From an uncultured Clostridia bacterium (GTDB lineage: Bacteria; Bacillota; Clostridia; TANB77; CAG-508), in NCBI GenBank assembly GCA_944386735.1, contig CALXCH010000001.1, forward strand, positions 2,218 through 66,217: a stretch of 64,000 bases of DNA. Direction: 5' to 3'. Position 1 is the stretch's first letter, and every line of letters starts with the position of its first letter. Position numbers and translations under genes: made by a program. Positions 1 to 9,121 of the stretch are shown in pieces. The notes under the pieces were generated by a model, which was not told the DNA's origin, did not search any database, and worked only from the letters and a program-made list of their open reading frames with translations.

Positions 1-702
1 GAAAAAATAAAAACATATAATATGCCATTTTTTAGTTATATAGTATCAGCATCATCACATACAGCATTTACATTAGATGGTTTGCAAGATACAAGTAAAG
101 TAAATATTGATGTAGGAAAATATAAAGGAACATTTTTTGGAAATTACTTAGAAGCAGTCAATTATGCAGACTATGCATTTGGAACATTTATAGAAGAACT
201 AAAGGATGCAGACTTGTATGATAATTCAGTAATTTTAATATATGGAGACCACAATGGAATAGATATGTATAATGCTGAAATGCTAGATTTCTTAGAACAG
301 ATAAATCCAGATTTAAATGATGTAGATATAAAATTAAATTATATAAGAGTAGCATGTGGAATGAAAATACCAGGAATAGAAAATTTAACAATAGAAAAAC
401 CAGTAAATAAATTAGATATAAAACCAACATTTGAATATTTAATAAAAGAAAATGCAGGAGTAAGTCTTGGAACAAATATGTTTGCAAGAAAAGATTTTGT
501 TTGTTTAAATAATGAAAGAATAGTAACTAGTAGATATTATTATGATGAAAAATGGTATAGAAGAATAGATGGAACAGAAGTAAATTTAGAAAATGGAGAA
601 ATACCAGAAGATGAAAAGGAGCTATTAGAAGAATATTATAATGATATGAAAGAGGAATTAGATATATCGACATCAATAAGTATAAATAATTTACTAAAAT
701 AA
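1..702 (+). CDS. LTA synthase / sulfatase-fold family protein, C-terminal part (5' end lies outside the window; the ORF track's Met at 22 is internal)
   Basis: The ORF is open from the window edge. Motifs such as SASSHTAF and LIYGDHNG are typical of the LtaS/sulfatase catalytic domain C-terminus. Confidence 0.55.
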   Translation, partial: EKIKTYNMPFFSYIVSASSHTAFTLDGLQDTSKVNIDVGKYKGTFFGNYLEAVNYADYAFGTFIEELKDADLYDNSVILIYGDHNGIDMYNAEMLDFLEQINPDLNDVDIKLNYIRVACGMKIPGIENLTIEKPVNKLDIKPTFEYLIKENAGVSLGTNMFARKDFVCLNNERIVTSRYYYDEKWYRRIDGTEVNLENGEIPEDEKELLEEYYNDMKEELDISTSISINNLLK

Positions 703-733
703 GCTGTTTTTGGGGACGGGGTCAAAAAACAGC
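703..733. repeat. Family-A hairpin repeat copy 1: GCTGTTTTT-GGGGACGGGGTC-AAAAACAGC
   Basis: Perfect 9-bp inverted repeat around a G-rich loop, starting right after the TAA stop at 700-702. Near-identical copy at 30066-30096 and an inverted variant at 33879-33913. Confidence 0.8.
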
Positions 734-754
734 ATAAAGAAAGGATAGTAAGTA

Positions 755-1759
755 ATGGATGAGGAAAGAGTAATAAGTCCAATGCTGGAAAACAAAACAG
801 AAGAAAGATTGGAAAATTCATTAAGACCTAAAATTTTAGATGAATATATTGGACAAGATAAAGTAAAAGAAAATATGAAAATATATATAGAATCAGCTAA
901 AAAAAGAAATGAACCACTAGACCATTGTTTATTATATGGTCCTCCTGGACTTGGAAAAACTACTTTAGCAAATATAATAGCAAACGAAATGGGGTCAAAT
1001 ATAAAAATAACATCAGGGCCAGCAATTGAAAAGCCAGGAGATTTAGCAGCAATACTTACAAATTTATCAGAATTTGATGTTTTATTTATAGATGAGATAC
1101 ATAGACTAAGTAAAAGTGTAGAAGAAATATTATATCCAGCATTAGAAGATTTTACATTAGATATAGTAATAGGAAAAGGACCAAGTAGTAGGTCAATAAG
1201 ATTAGATTTACCCAAATTTACGTTAATAGGGGCAACTACAAAAGCAGGTTCACTTACTACTCCGCTACGCGATAGATTTGGAATAATACATAGATTAGAA
1301 TTATATTCACCAGAAGAATTAGCAACAATAGTAAAAAGGTCAAGTAAGATATTAAATATAGAAATAGATGAGGAAGCAGCAGTAGAAATAGCAAGAAGGT
1401 CAAGAGGAACACCTAGAATTGCAAATAGGTTATTAAAAAGAGTAAGAGACTATGCAATTGTTTTAGGAGATGGGCATATTAGTTTAAAGATAGCAAAACA
1501 TGCATTAAATAAATTAGAAATAGATGAATTAGGATTAGATGATATAGATAGAAAATTGTTAGAAACAATGATTGTACAATATGGTGGAAGAGCAGTAGGA
1601 ATAGAAGCATTAGCTGCAACAGTAGGAGAAGAAATAGACACAATAGAAGATGTATATGAACCTTATTTAATACAAATAGGATTTATTGCAAGAACATTAA
1701 GAGGAAGAAAAGTATTGCCACCGGCATATAAACATTTGGGTTATGAATATTTAGGGTAA
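755..1759 (+). CDS. ruvB: Holliday junction branch migration helicase RuvB
   Basis: Walker [10 protein letters not shown], full-length RuvB-like sequence of 334 aa, RBS AAAGGA upstream. Confidence 0.95.
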   Translation: MDEERVISPMLENKTEERLENSLRPKILDEYIGQDKVKENMKIYIESAKKRNEPLDHCLLYGPPGLGKTTLANIIANEMGSNIKITSGPAIEKPGDLAAILTNLSEFDVLFIDEIHRLSKSVEEILYPALEDFTLDIVIGKGPSSRSIRLDLPKFTLIGATTKAGSLTTPLRDRFGIIHRLELYSPEELATIVKRSSKILNIEIDEEAAVEIARRSRGTPRIANRLLKRVRDYAIVLGDGHISLKIAKHALNKLEIDELGLDDIDRKLLETMIVQYGGRAVGIEALAATVGEEIDTIEDVYEPYLIQIGFIARTLRGRKVLPPAYKHLGYEYLG

Positions 1760-1814
1760 TTGGAGATGCATACAAAATGTTACAAGGAAAACGTTCCTAG
1801 AAAGGATGATGTAG

Positions 1815-2315
1815 ATGTCAGAATTTTATAATAGAGTAAAAGAAATATGTAGTAGATATAAAAAAGTTGCAATGTTTGTGGATATGGATGGAACAATAGT
1901 AGAATATGTTATGTATCCAGATAAAACTATAACCACTAAAGCAAAAGGGATGTTTGTGAATAATAAACCTATAAAAATAATAATTGATGAATTAAGGGAA
2001 ATAAATGAAATACAAAATTTGAATTTATATATTTTATCTATGGCAAGAAGTTATATAATAGTTGAAGAAAAGAAAGAATGGTTAAAAAAATACATACCTT
2101 TTATAGATGAAAAAAATTGGATTATAATAAATAGAGAAGCAGGAGATTATAATGATGAAAATAGAAGTAGAATAAAAGCAGAGAAGATACAAGAAAAACT
2201 AAAAGAATATGACCATACTATATTTTTAGATGATGACCATAAAGTATTACAAGGAGCAATGAATTTATTAAAAGATAAATGTGATATATTTCACGTATCG
2301 TCAGCGATAATTTAA
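1815..2315 (+). CDS. HAD-superfamily 5'(3')-deoxyribonucleotidase-like protein
   Basis: HAD motif I FVDMDGTI near the N-terminus and a C-terminal LDDD motif. 166 aa with RBS. Confidence 0.45.
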   Translation: MSEFYNRVKEICSRYKKVAMFVDMDGTIVEYVMYPDKTITTKAKGMFVNNKPIKIIIDELREINEIQNLNLYILSMARSYIIVEEKKEWLKKYIPFIDEKNWIIINREAGDYNDENRSRIKAEKIQEKLKEYDHTIFLDDDHKVLQGAMNLLKDKCDIFHVSSAII

Positions 2316-2333
2316 GTACTAAAGGAGAAAAAG

Positions 2334-4043
2334 ATGATTTTAAGTAAAATAAAAGATAATTATAAAACTTTAATTTTTGTAGCGTTTATTAATTTAATAA
2401 TATTTGGAGTATCAAATCTTATATTTGATATAAAATATGAACAAGTGGATGACTTTTTTATATATGGATTATATTCTGGATTAGATGGAACTTATAATAT
2501 ACATGGAATATATATTCACCCTATTATATGTTTTATATTAAGTTTATTTTTTAGAATATTACCAATGATAAACTGGCATACAATGTTTTTACTACTTATG
2601 CAATTTATATGTTTTACAATAATTGGAACTTTAATAATAAGAAAGAATAATAGTAAAACAGCATATTTATTATATGTGTTATTTGCAAGTGTATGTTATA
2701 CTTCACTTTTAGAATTAATACAATACACATCTGTTGCAGCACTTTTAATATTAACAGCATTTTTTGTAATGATGGATTATATAGAAAGAAAAAAACATGG
2801 AAAAAAATATATAATTTGTTATGTAGTGTTATTTATAATAGGAATAATGACAAGGATGCAGTCATTGTTGATAATTGCTCCATTTTTTGCACTATATTTT
2901 ATATTTAATATTATTTTATTAATAAGAAAAAGAGTAGATAAGGAAAAATTAATAAAGATTGTAAAACATTATTTGATTTTTACAAGTTTAACAGTTTTAG
3001 TATATGTTTCAAATATTATAATTTATAATAGTAATGAAACATATAGAAATTATATGGAATATAATGATTTAAGATCAACATTACATGATGTATCATTTAT
3101 AGTATATCCACTAAATAAGGAAATATTTGATGAAATAGGTTGGTCTGAAAATGATTATTATTTATTTTATACATTTAATTATGGCGATGAAAATGTTTAT
3201 AGCAAAGAAAATTTACAGAAGATAATAGATTATAAAAAAAGTAATAATACCCTTTATGATTTTGATTTTAAATTAAAAGATTTTGAAGAAGATTTTATAG
3301 ATCAAATGACGAATACATATCCTTATATTATTATAATGTTTTTTGGAAGTTTTTTAATTGCAATATATACAAATAAAGAAAAAAGAGGCTATATAATAGC
3401 GATATTTTTGGTAACACTTGCAGTAAATTCTATATTTATTATAATAAATAGAAATGTTCACAGAGTAATAATTCCAGAATATATTTTGGGAACAGCAATG
3501 CTTTTATATTTAACGAAATATAAAAGTGAAAATAAAGAAAAAATAGATATAATAAGAGCAATGTCGATATTTATGATAGTAATGACAGTAATATTTGCAG
3601 GAGGAACATATGAATTTAATTATGAATTAGAAGACTATAGTAATTATAAAGATGTAATAAATTATACAAATGAACATAAAGAAAATGTGTACTTATATAC
3701 TGCCCCATCACTTCAATTTAGATATTTAGCATATTCTGTATATGAAATGCCACCCAAAGGAGCACTTTCAAATCTAAGAGTTATGGGTGGATGGGATATA
3801 TTTACACAGAATTATTATGATTTTAAAGCAAGATATAATTTGGATGGAACATTTTTAGATTTATTAAAAGATAACGTATATTTAATAGATGGAGATGTTG
3901 TGTGGTCAGGTATTGAATATAAAAATTATATAGATAATATAGTTTTATTTATAAAAGAACATTATAACAAAGATGTCACATATGAAAAAATAGAAACTTT
4001 TGATAATATTTATATTTATAAATTACATGAAGTAGCAGACTAA
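2334..4043 (+). CDS. Polytopic integral membrane protein, function unknown (possible glycosyl/lipid transferase-like)
   Basis: 569 aa with more than 10 hydrophobic segments and a soluble C-terminal about 200 aa. RBS AAAGGAG. Confidence 0.45.
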   Translation: MILSKIKDNYKTLIFVAFINLIIFGVSNLIFDIKYEQVDDFFIYGLYSGLDGTYNIHGIYIHPIICFILSLFFRILPMINWHTMFLLLMQFICFTIIGTLIIRKNNSKTAYLLYVLFASVCYTSLLELIQYTSVAALLILTAFFVMMDYIERKKHGKKYIICYVVLFIIGIMTRMQSLLIIAPFFALYFIFNIILLIRKRVDKEKLIKIVKHYLIFTSLTVLVYVSNIIIYNSNETYRNYMEYNDLRSTLHDVSFIVYPLNKEIFDEIGWSENDYYLFYTFNYGDENVYSKENLQKIIDYKKSNNTLYDFDFKLKDFEEDFIDQMTNTYPYIIIMFFGSFLIAIYTNKEKRGYIIAIFLVTLAVNSIFIIINRNVHRVIIPEYILGTAMLLYLTKYKSENKEKIDIIRAMSIFMIVMTVIFAGGTYEFNYELEDYSNYKDVINYTNEHKENVYLYTAPSLQFRYLAYSVYEMPPKGALSNLRVMGGWDIFTQNYYDFKARYNLDGTFLDLLKDNVYLIDGDVVWSGIEYKNYIDNIVLFIKEHYNKDVTYEKIETFDNIYIYKLHEVAD

Positions 4044-4112
4044 AAAACTGCTACTTTTGTTGTAACGAATTTAAAGTTTGTACGTCATATATACAAGAAA
4101 GGGGAAAAGGTT

Positions 4113-4589
4113 ATGCAGGATATGGAAAAAATATATGAAGAATATTTTGAAACTGTAAATAAATATTTATTCTGTTTAACTAAGAATTCTGACATTGCAG
4201 AGGAATTGACACAAGAAACGTTTTACAGAGCAGTAAAGAAAATAGGTACCTATAAAGGTGATTGTAAAATCTCTGTATGGTTATGTCAGATTGCTAAAAA
4301 CTTATGGTATGATGAGTGTAGAAAAAATAAAAAAATAGCAAATAACAATTTCGATTTACCTAATTTAGAATCAGAAGAAAGAGTAGAAGAACAAGTTATT
4401 TCAAAAGATGAAAAAATTACCTTATATAAGAAAATGCAAAGTTTAGATGAAAAAACAAGAGAGGTAATATATCTTAGAATAACAGGAGAATTAAGCTTTA
4501 AGGAAATTGGAGATATATTAAATAAGTCAGAGAACTGGGCAAGAGTAACCTTTTATAGAGGAAAACAAAAAATGAAGGAGGGTGATTAA
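4113..4589 (+). CDS. ECF-type RNA polymerase sigma-70 factor
   Basis: Sigma region 2 (WLCQIAKNLWYDECRK) and region 4 (REVIYLRITGELSFKEIGDIL). 158 aa. Confidence 0.85.
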   Translation: MQDMEKIYEEYFETVNKYLFCLTKNSDIAEELTQETFYRAVKKIGTYKGDCKISVWLCQIAKNLWYDECRKNKKIANNNFDLPNLESEERVEEQVISKDEKITLYKKMQSLDEKTREVIYLRITGELSFKEIGDILNKSENWARVTFYRGKQKMKEGD

Positions 4590-4590
4590 A

Positions 4591-5466
4591 ATGAAAGAAA
4601 GAGATTGTAAAATTGTTCAAGATTTATTACCTAACTATATTGAAAATTTAACAAATGAAGAAACAAATAAATATATAGAAGAACATTTAGATACTTGCAA
4701 AGATTGTAAAAAAATCTATGACAATATGAAAAAGGATTTTAATGTAGATAATAAAACTAAAGAAAAAAAGAAAGTTAAATTCTTAAAGAAATATAGGAAT
4801 AAATTAAGAATATTAGAAATTATTATAATAATTATCATAGTAATATTTATTGCAAATACAGGAAGAAAAGCATATATAATTTCAAATTTATCTGATAAAG
4901 CAAAAGAGTATGAAAATTCAAATAATTATCATGAAGTATCATATTCATTACAAGAAGGAATATTTAATAAATCTGAAATTTTTAGTATGGAAGGCAAAAA
5001 GAAATTAGTATATACGACAATTACAGATGAAGAAACTCAAATACTTACAATGAACCTTACTCAAATAGAAAATGAAAAATATGAAGGAAATATTTATTTT
5101 GATAATAGTTTAGGAAAAAATGTTGTTTTAGACCAAGAAGTTGGAGTAATGGTAGGTCCTCAAGATATTTTTAAAACTGAAAATTTAGGACAATTATTAG
5201 TATATTCAATTCCAACTTATGTAACAAGTACGAAATTTGATGGAATAGACAGTTATTATATATCAAACTTTCAAGGAGAAGGTGGAATGTATGTAAACAA
5301 AGAAACGGGACTTCCTATAAGTACTATGTCAAGTGAGATTGAATATGAGGAAGGAATAATGGGAAGGTCACCTACAACAGAATACAAATATGAATTTGGA
5401 ACAGTTACAGAAGAGGATTTTACAGAACCAGATATAAGTGAATATACAATTAAGGAAGGTATATAA
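4591..5466 (+). CDS. Anti-sigma factor, zinc-finger (HxxxCxxC) type with one TM and an extracytoplasmic domain
   Basis: Immediately follows the sigma gene (stop/start overlap region). N-terminal HLDTCKDCKK motif, a central TM segment, and GGAGG RBS before ATG 4591. Confidence 0.6.
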   Translation: MKERDCKIVQDLLPNYIENLTNEETNKYIEEHLDTCKDCKKIYDNMKKDFNVDNKTKEKKKVKFLKKYRNKLRILEIIIIIIIVIFIANTGRKAYIISNLSDKAKEYENSNNYHEVSYSLQEGIFNKSEIFSMEGKKKLVYTTITDEETQILTMNLTQIENEKYEGNIYFDNSLGKNVVLDQEVGVMVGPQDIFKTENLGQLLVYSIPTYVTSTKFDGIDSYYISNFQGEGGMYVNKETGLPISTMSSEIEYEEGIMGRSPTTEYKYEFGTVTEEDFTEPDISEYTIKEGI

Positions 5467-5581
5467 AAATATAAGGAAAGAGTAGAAATATTCTTTCCTT
5501 GTATTTTGGCTAAAAACTGGAAAAAAACTTTAAAATGTGTTATATTAGTATATGTAAATTAAAAGTAAAGGAAGACGAAAA

Positions 5582-6148
5582 ATGAAATTATTATTACATA
5601 CTTGTTGTGCACCTTGTAGTGTGTATTGCATTGATGAATTAAGAAGTGAAAATATAGAGCCAACTGTATATTGGTTTAATCCTAATATACATCCATATAT
5701 GGAATATAAAGCAAGGAGAGATTGCTTAAAAGAATATACTAAAAGTATAAATGTAAATGCTATTTTTGAAGAAAATTATGGACTAGATGATTTTTGTAAA
5801 AATGTTGTTAAATCTTTAGATACAAGATGTCAAGATTATTGTTATCCAGTTCGTCTAGAACAAACTGCAAAATATGCTAAAGAAAATGGTTTTGATACAA
5901 TTTCAACAACTCTTTTAGTTAGTCCATATCAAAAGCATGATATAATTAAAGATTTAGGAGAAGTAATTGCTAAAAAATATGGAATAGAATTTTTATATAG
6001 AGATTTTAGAGTAGGATTTAGAGAAGGACAAGCAAAAGCAAGAGAAATAGGTCTTTATATGCAAAAATATTGTGGTTGTATTTTTTCAGAAGAGGATAGA
6101 TATAGAAAAAAGATTGAAAAAGATAAGCAAAAGATATTAGTAAAATAA
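5582..6148 (+). CDS. queH: Epoxyqueuosine reductase QueH (DUF208)
   Basis: N-terminal HTCCAPCS motif and conserved Cys pattern. 188 aa. Confidence 0.8.
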   Translation: MKLLLHTCCAPCSVYCIDELRSENIEPTVYWFNPNIHPYMEYKARRDCLKEYTKSINVNAIFEENYGLDDFCKNVVKSLDTRCQDYCYPVRLEQTAKYAKENGFDTISTTLLVSPYQKHDIIKDLGEVIAKKYGIEFLYRDFRVGFREGQAKAREIGLYMQKYCGCIFSEEDRYRKKIEKDKQKILVK

Positions 6149-6182
6149 ATTTTACATACTGTTAAAAACAAGTCATACCAGA

Positions 6183-6398
6183 CTAGTATTCCTGGTATCC
6201 ACGTCTAATATAATTAACATGAGAGCAACAAGGACATTTGTAAGAAGATGTTGTTGCAAACATTCCATCATCGGGATTACTTTTTAAATCATCAAATCCA
6301 AGTTCAAGTATTGCTCCACAATATTTACAAGTTACCCGCATAAATCCTGGTTTTCCATCATTAAAAAGTTTTTTCTTTCCTTCTTTAATGACTCGCAT
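6183..6398 (-). CDS. Small zinc-ribbon protein (two CxxC pairs), unknown function
   Basis: CKYCGA...CPCCSH motifs. AGGAGG RBS 7 nt upstream of ATG (rc of 6396-6398); the longer ORF-track start lacks an RBS. Confidence 0.4.
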   Translation of the reverse strand: MRVIKEGKKKLFNDGKPGFMRVTCKYCGAILELGFDDLKSNPDDGMFATTSSYKCPCCSHVNYIRRGYQEY

Positions 6399-6594
6399 GA
6401 TAATCCTCCTTAGACTTATAGTGAACCAATTGGTTCTAATCTTATAGGACATGTATGAGATTTTACTCAATACAGTTATATTATACTATAATGTATTTGA
6501 ACTAGAATAAATAATTATGATATTAATAATATATAAAAGATAATAAATTATCTATTTATATAAAAATGAGAGAAATAAATCCTCTCGAGATTGC

Positions 6595-6777
6595 TTATTT
6601 AACGGAATTGGAGTTCTCTGCACGAACTTCAATTTTTCCTTTTGAAAAAGAAAAATATGTATTATAGCCGATTAAAGTAGTTAAAAACATAAAGAAGCAA
6701 ACTATAAATACAATAAAGCACAACCTAGATACTTTAGTGCCAATTCTTCGTTGTCTTTTGTTTCCAATTCTTTTCAC
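6595..6777 (-). CDS. Small basic membrane protein (60 aa), GTG start
   Basis: AAAGGAAG RBS before GTG and a single hydrophobic helix. Preceded on its strand by a structured leader. Confidence 0.35.
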   Translation of the reverse strand: MKRIGNKRQRRIGTKVSRLCFIVFIVCFFMFLTTLIGYNTYFSFSKGKIEVRAENSNSVK

Positions 6778-6803
6778 TTCCTTTCTGGCAAAATTAAACT
6801 GCT

Positions 6804-6883
6804 AACAGGTGCAGCTTATCAACAGTTGAAGTGGAAAACTGCCTAGCCAATCAGCAGTACAACTGCTGATTGATACACCTGTT
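6804..6883. other. Candidate structured RNA / cis-regulatory element: 8-bp outer stem AACAGGTG/CACCTGTT enclosing a 10-bp hairpin CAATCAGCAG-TACAA-CTGCTGATTG
   Basis: Nested perfect inverted repeats read directly from the sequence. Lies in the leader of the minus-strand small gene and upstream of the dapD promoter. Confidence 0.35.
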
Positions 6884-6993
6884 GTTAAAGTGAGAAATAA
6901 GCGACAAAAAGAATATATCAAGAATTAATTTAAAAGCCAATATTTATTTTATAAGTAAGGAAAATGTTAAAATAGAATATATAAGTTTGAAAA

Positions 6994-7022
6994 TTGACGG
7001 AAAAATATATAAATGATATAAT
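6994..7022 (+). promoter_or_regulatory. Sigma-A-type promoter for the dapD operon: TTGACG-17 nt-TATAAT
   Basis: Near-consensus -35 and -10 with a 17-nt spacer, about 40 nt upstream of the dapD RBS. Confidence 0.6.
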
Positions 7023-7062
7023 GCTTGAAAAGTTAATAAAAAGTTTTTTAGGAGTTGATGGT

Positions 7063-7854
7063 ATGGAAAAATACTTGAAATTATTAGAAAAAGAAGATTT
7101 AACAAGAGAAGAATTTATGCCAGTATGGGAAGAATTTAAAAGTGATTTAAATAAAGGAAATGTAAGAGTAGCAGAAAAAATAGATGGAGAATGGAAAGTA
7201 AATAAATGGGTAAAACAATTTATATTGTTAGGCTTTAAATATGGAGAAGTAATAAAATTTGAAGATGGAACTATAGATAAAGATACAATGGGAGAAAGAA
7301 AAGTAAATTTAGATGAAAAAGTAAGAGTAGTTTCTCCTACAGTATCAATAAGAGATGGTGTGTATATCGGAAAAGGAGTCACTTTTATGCCACCTTGTTA
7401 TACAAATATAGGAGCATATATAGATGAAGGTTCAATGGTAGACTCTTTAGCATTAGTAGGGTCTTGTGCTCAAATAGGAAAAAATGTACATTTAGGTGCA
7501 GGAGTAATAATAGGTGGAGTATTAGAGCCAGTAGGTGCATATCCTGTAATTATAGAAGATAATGTATTTGTTGGAGCAGGTTCACAAATAACAGAAGGAA
7601 CAATAGTAAAAGAAGGGGCTGTAATAGGAGCAGGTGTAACAATTACAGGAAGTACACCAGTTTATGATAATGTAAATGGAAACATAATTACTCCAAATGA
7701 AAATGGTCAAATAGTAATACCAAAAGATGCAGTTGTAATACCAGGAACAAGAGATGTTAAATCTAATATAGAAGGAGTAACATTATCTAAATCAGTTCCA
7801 ATGATTATAAAATATGGAAGTAAGGTAGTTTTAGAAGATTTATTAAGACCATAA
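7063..7854 (+). CDS. dapD: 2,3,4,5-tetrahydropyridine-2,6-dicarboxylate N-acyltransferase (DapD-type hexapeptide transferase)
   Basis: Strong resemblance to E. coli DapD (RVAEKIDGEW, NIGAYIDEGSMVDS, GSCAQIGKNVHLGAGV). AGGAG RBS 8 nt before ATG 7063; the ORF-track start at 6994 overlaps the promoter. Confidence 0.85.
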   Translation: MEKYLKLLEKEDLTREEFMPVWEEFKSDLNKGNVRVAEKIDGEWKVNKWVKQFILLGFKYGEVIKFEDGTIDKDTMGERKVNLDEKVRVVSPTVSIRDGVYIGKGVTFMPPCYTNIGAYIDEGSMVDSLALVGSCAQIGKNVHLGAGVIIGGVLEPVGAYPVIIEDNVFVGAGSQITEGTIVKEGAVIGAGVTITGSTPVYDNVNGNIITPNENGQIVIPKDAVVIPGTRDVKSNIEGVTLSKSVPMIIKYGSKVVLEDLLRP

Positions 7855-7906
7855 TATTTTATCGCATAAGGCTTCTTATGCGATATTTTGAAAGGAAGAG
7901 AAGTAA

Positions 7907-9110
7907 ATGGCAAATGTAAATGAAAATTTTTTGAACTTAAAGAATGATTATTTGTTTTCTACTATAACAGAAAAAAGAAATGAATTTGAGAAAAATAATC
8001 CAGATAAAAAAGTCATAAGTTTAGGAATAGGAGATGTATCATTACCACTTGCACCAGTTGTAATAGAAGCAATGAAAAAGTCAGTTGATGAAATGTCTAA
8101 AAAAGAAACTTTTAGAGGCTATGGAATAGTTCAAGGATATGACTTTTTAATAGATAGAATTTTAGATGTTGAATATAAGAAAAGAGGAGTTTCTTTAGAA
8201 AAAGATGAAGTGTTTATTGCAGCAGGAAGTAAAGGAGATTTAGCAGGAATAGCAGAGTTGTTATCTGAAGATAATATTGTAGCTTTAATGGATCCAGTAT
8301 ATCCAGCATATAGAGATGCAAATATAATGCTTGGAAGAAATGATATAGTTTATTTAAAAGCTACTGAAGAAAATAATTTTACACCTGAACTTCCAAAAGA
8401 ACATGTTGATATAATATACCTTTGTTCTCCAAATAATCCAACTGGAACAGTTTTAACTAGAAAGCAATTAGAGGAATGGATTAAATATGCTAAAGAAAAT
8501 AAAGCAATAATATTTTACGATTCTGTTTATGAAATATTTATAGAAGATGAAGATATACCTCATAGTATCTATGAGATAGAAGGCGCAAAAGAAGTTGCAG
8601 TAGAATTTAGATCTTATTCAAAACTTGCAGGCTTTACAGGTGTTAGATGTTCTTTTGCGGTTGTACCTAAAGAACTAAAAGTATACACAAAAAGTGGAAA
8701 AGAGGTGGATTTAAATAGTTTGTGGAGAAGAAGACAAAGTACTAAATTTGGTGCAGCGTCATATATTACTCAAAGAGCAGCAGAAGCAGTGTATACAGAA
8801 GATGGTCAAAAACAAATAAGAGAAAATATAAAATATTATAAAGAAAATGCAAAATACATAAAAGAAGAATTAGAAAAAGTTGGATTTATTGTATATGGAG
8901 GAGAAAGTTCACCATATATTTGGCTTAAAACACCAAATGCAATGAAATCTTGGGATTTCTTTGATAAATTATTAAATGAAGCAGCAGTAGTCCGGAACAC
9001 CAGGAGTAGGATTTGGAGAATGTGGAGAGGGATTTTTTAGATTAACAGCATTTTCTAGTAAAGAAGATACTAAAGAAGCTGTGGATAGGATAATTAAATT
9101 ATTTAAGTAA
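7907..9110 (+). pseudogene. Class I/II (PLP) aminotransferase of the diaminopimelate pathway (DapC/PatA-like), interrupted by a 1-nt frameshift near 8991
   Basis: Frame A reads ...AAVV then nonsense to 9040. The +1 frame from 8991 reads [39 protein letters not shown] to TAA at 9108-9110, the canonical aminotransferase C-terminus. Confidence 0.7.
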
Positions 9111-9121
9111 GAGGTAATGTT

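Noticed and set aside
188-1215. Antisense ORFs (188-487, 636-821, 694-1215 minus strand) overlapping the LtaS-like gene and ruvB
   Set aside because: Low-complexity Leu/Ile/Phe-rich translations typical of the reverse strand of AT-rich genes. No RBS, and they overlap well-supported genes.
6780-6990. Possible lysine (L-box) riboswitch upstream of the dap operon
   Set aside because: No GAGGCGC P1 stem, GG-rich junctions or other L-box hallmarks that I can recognise. The dapD promoter lies downstream of the structure, so the element is not in the dapD leader.
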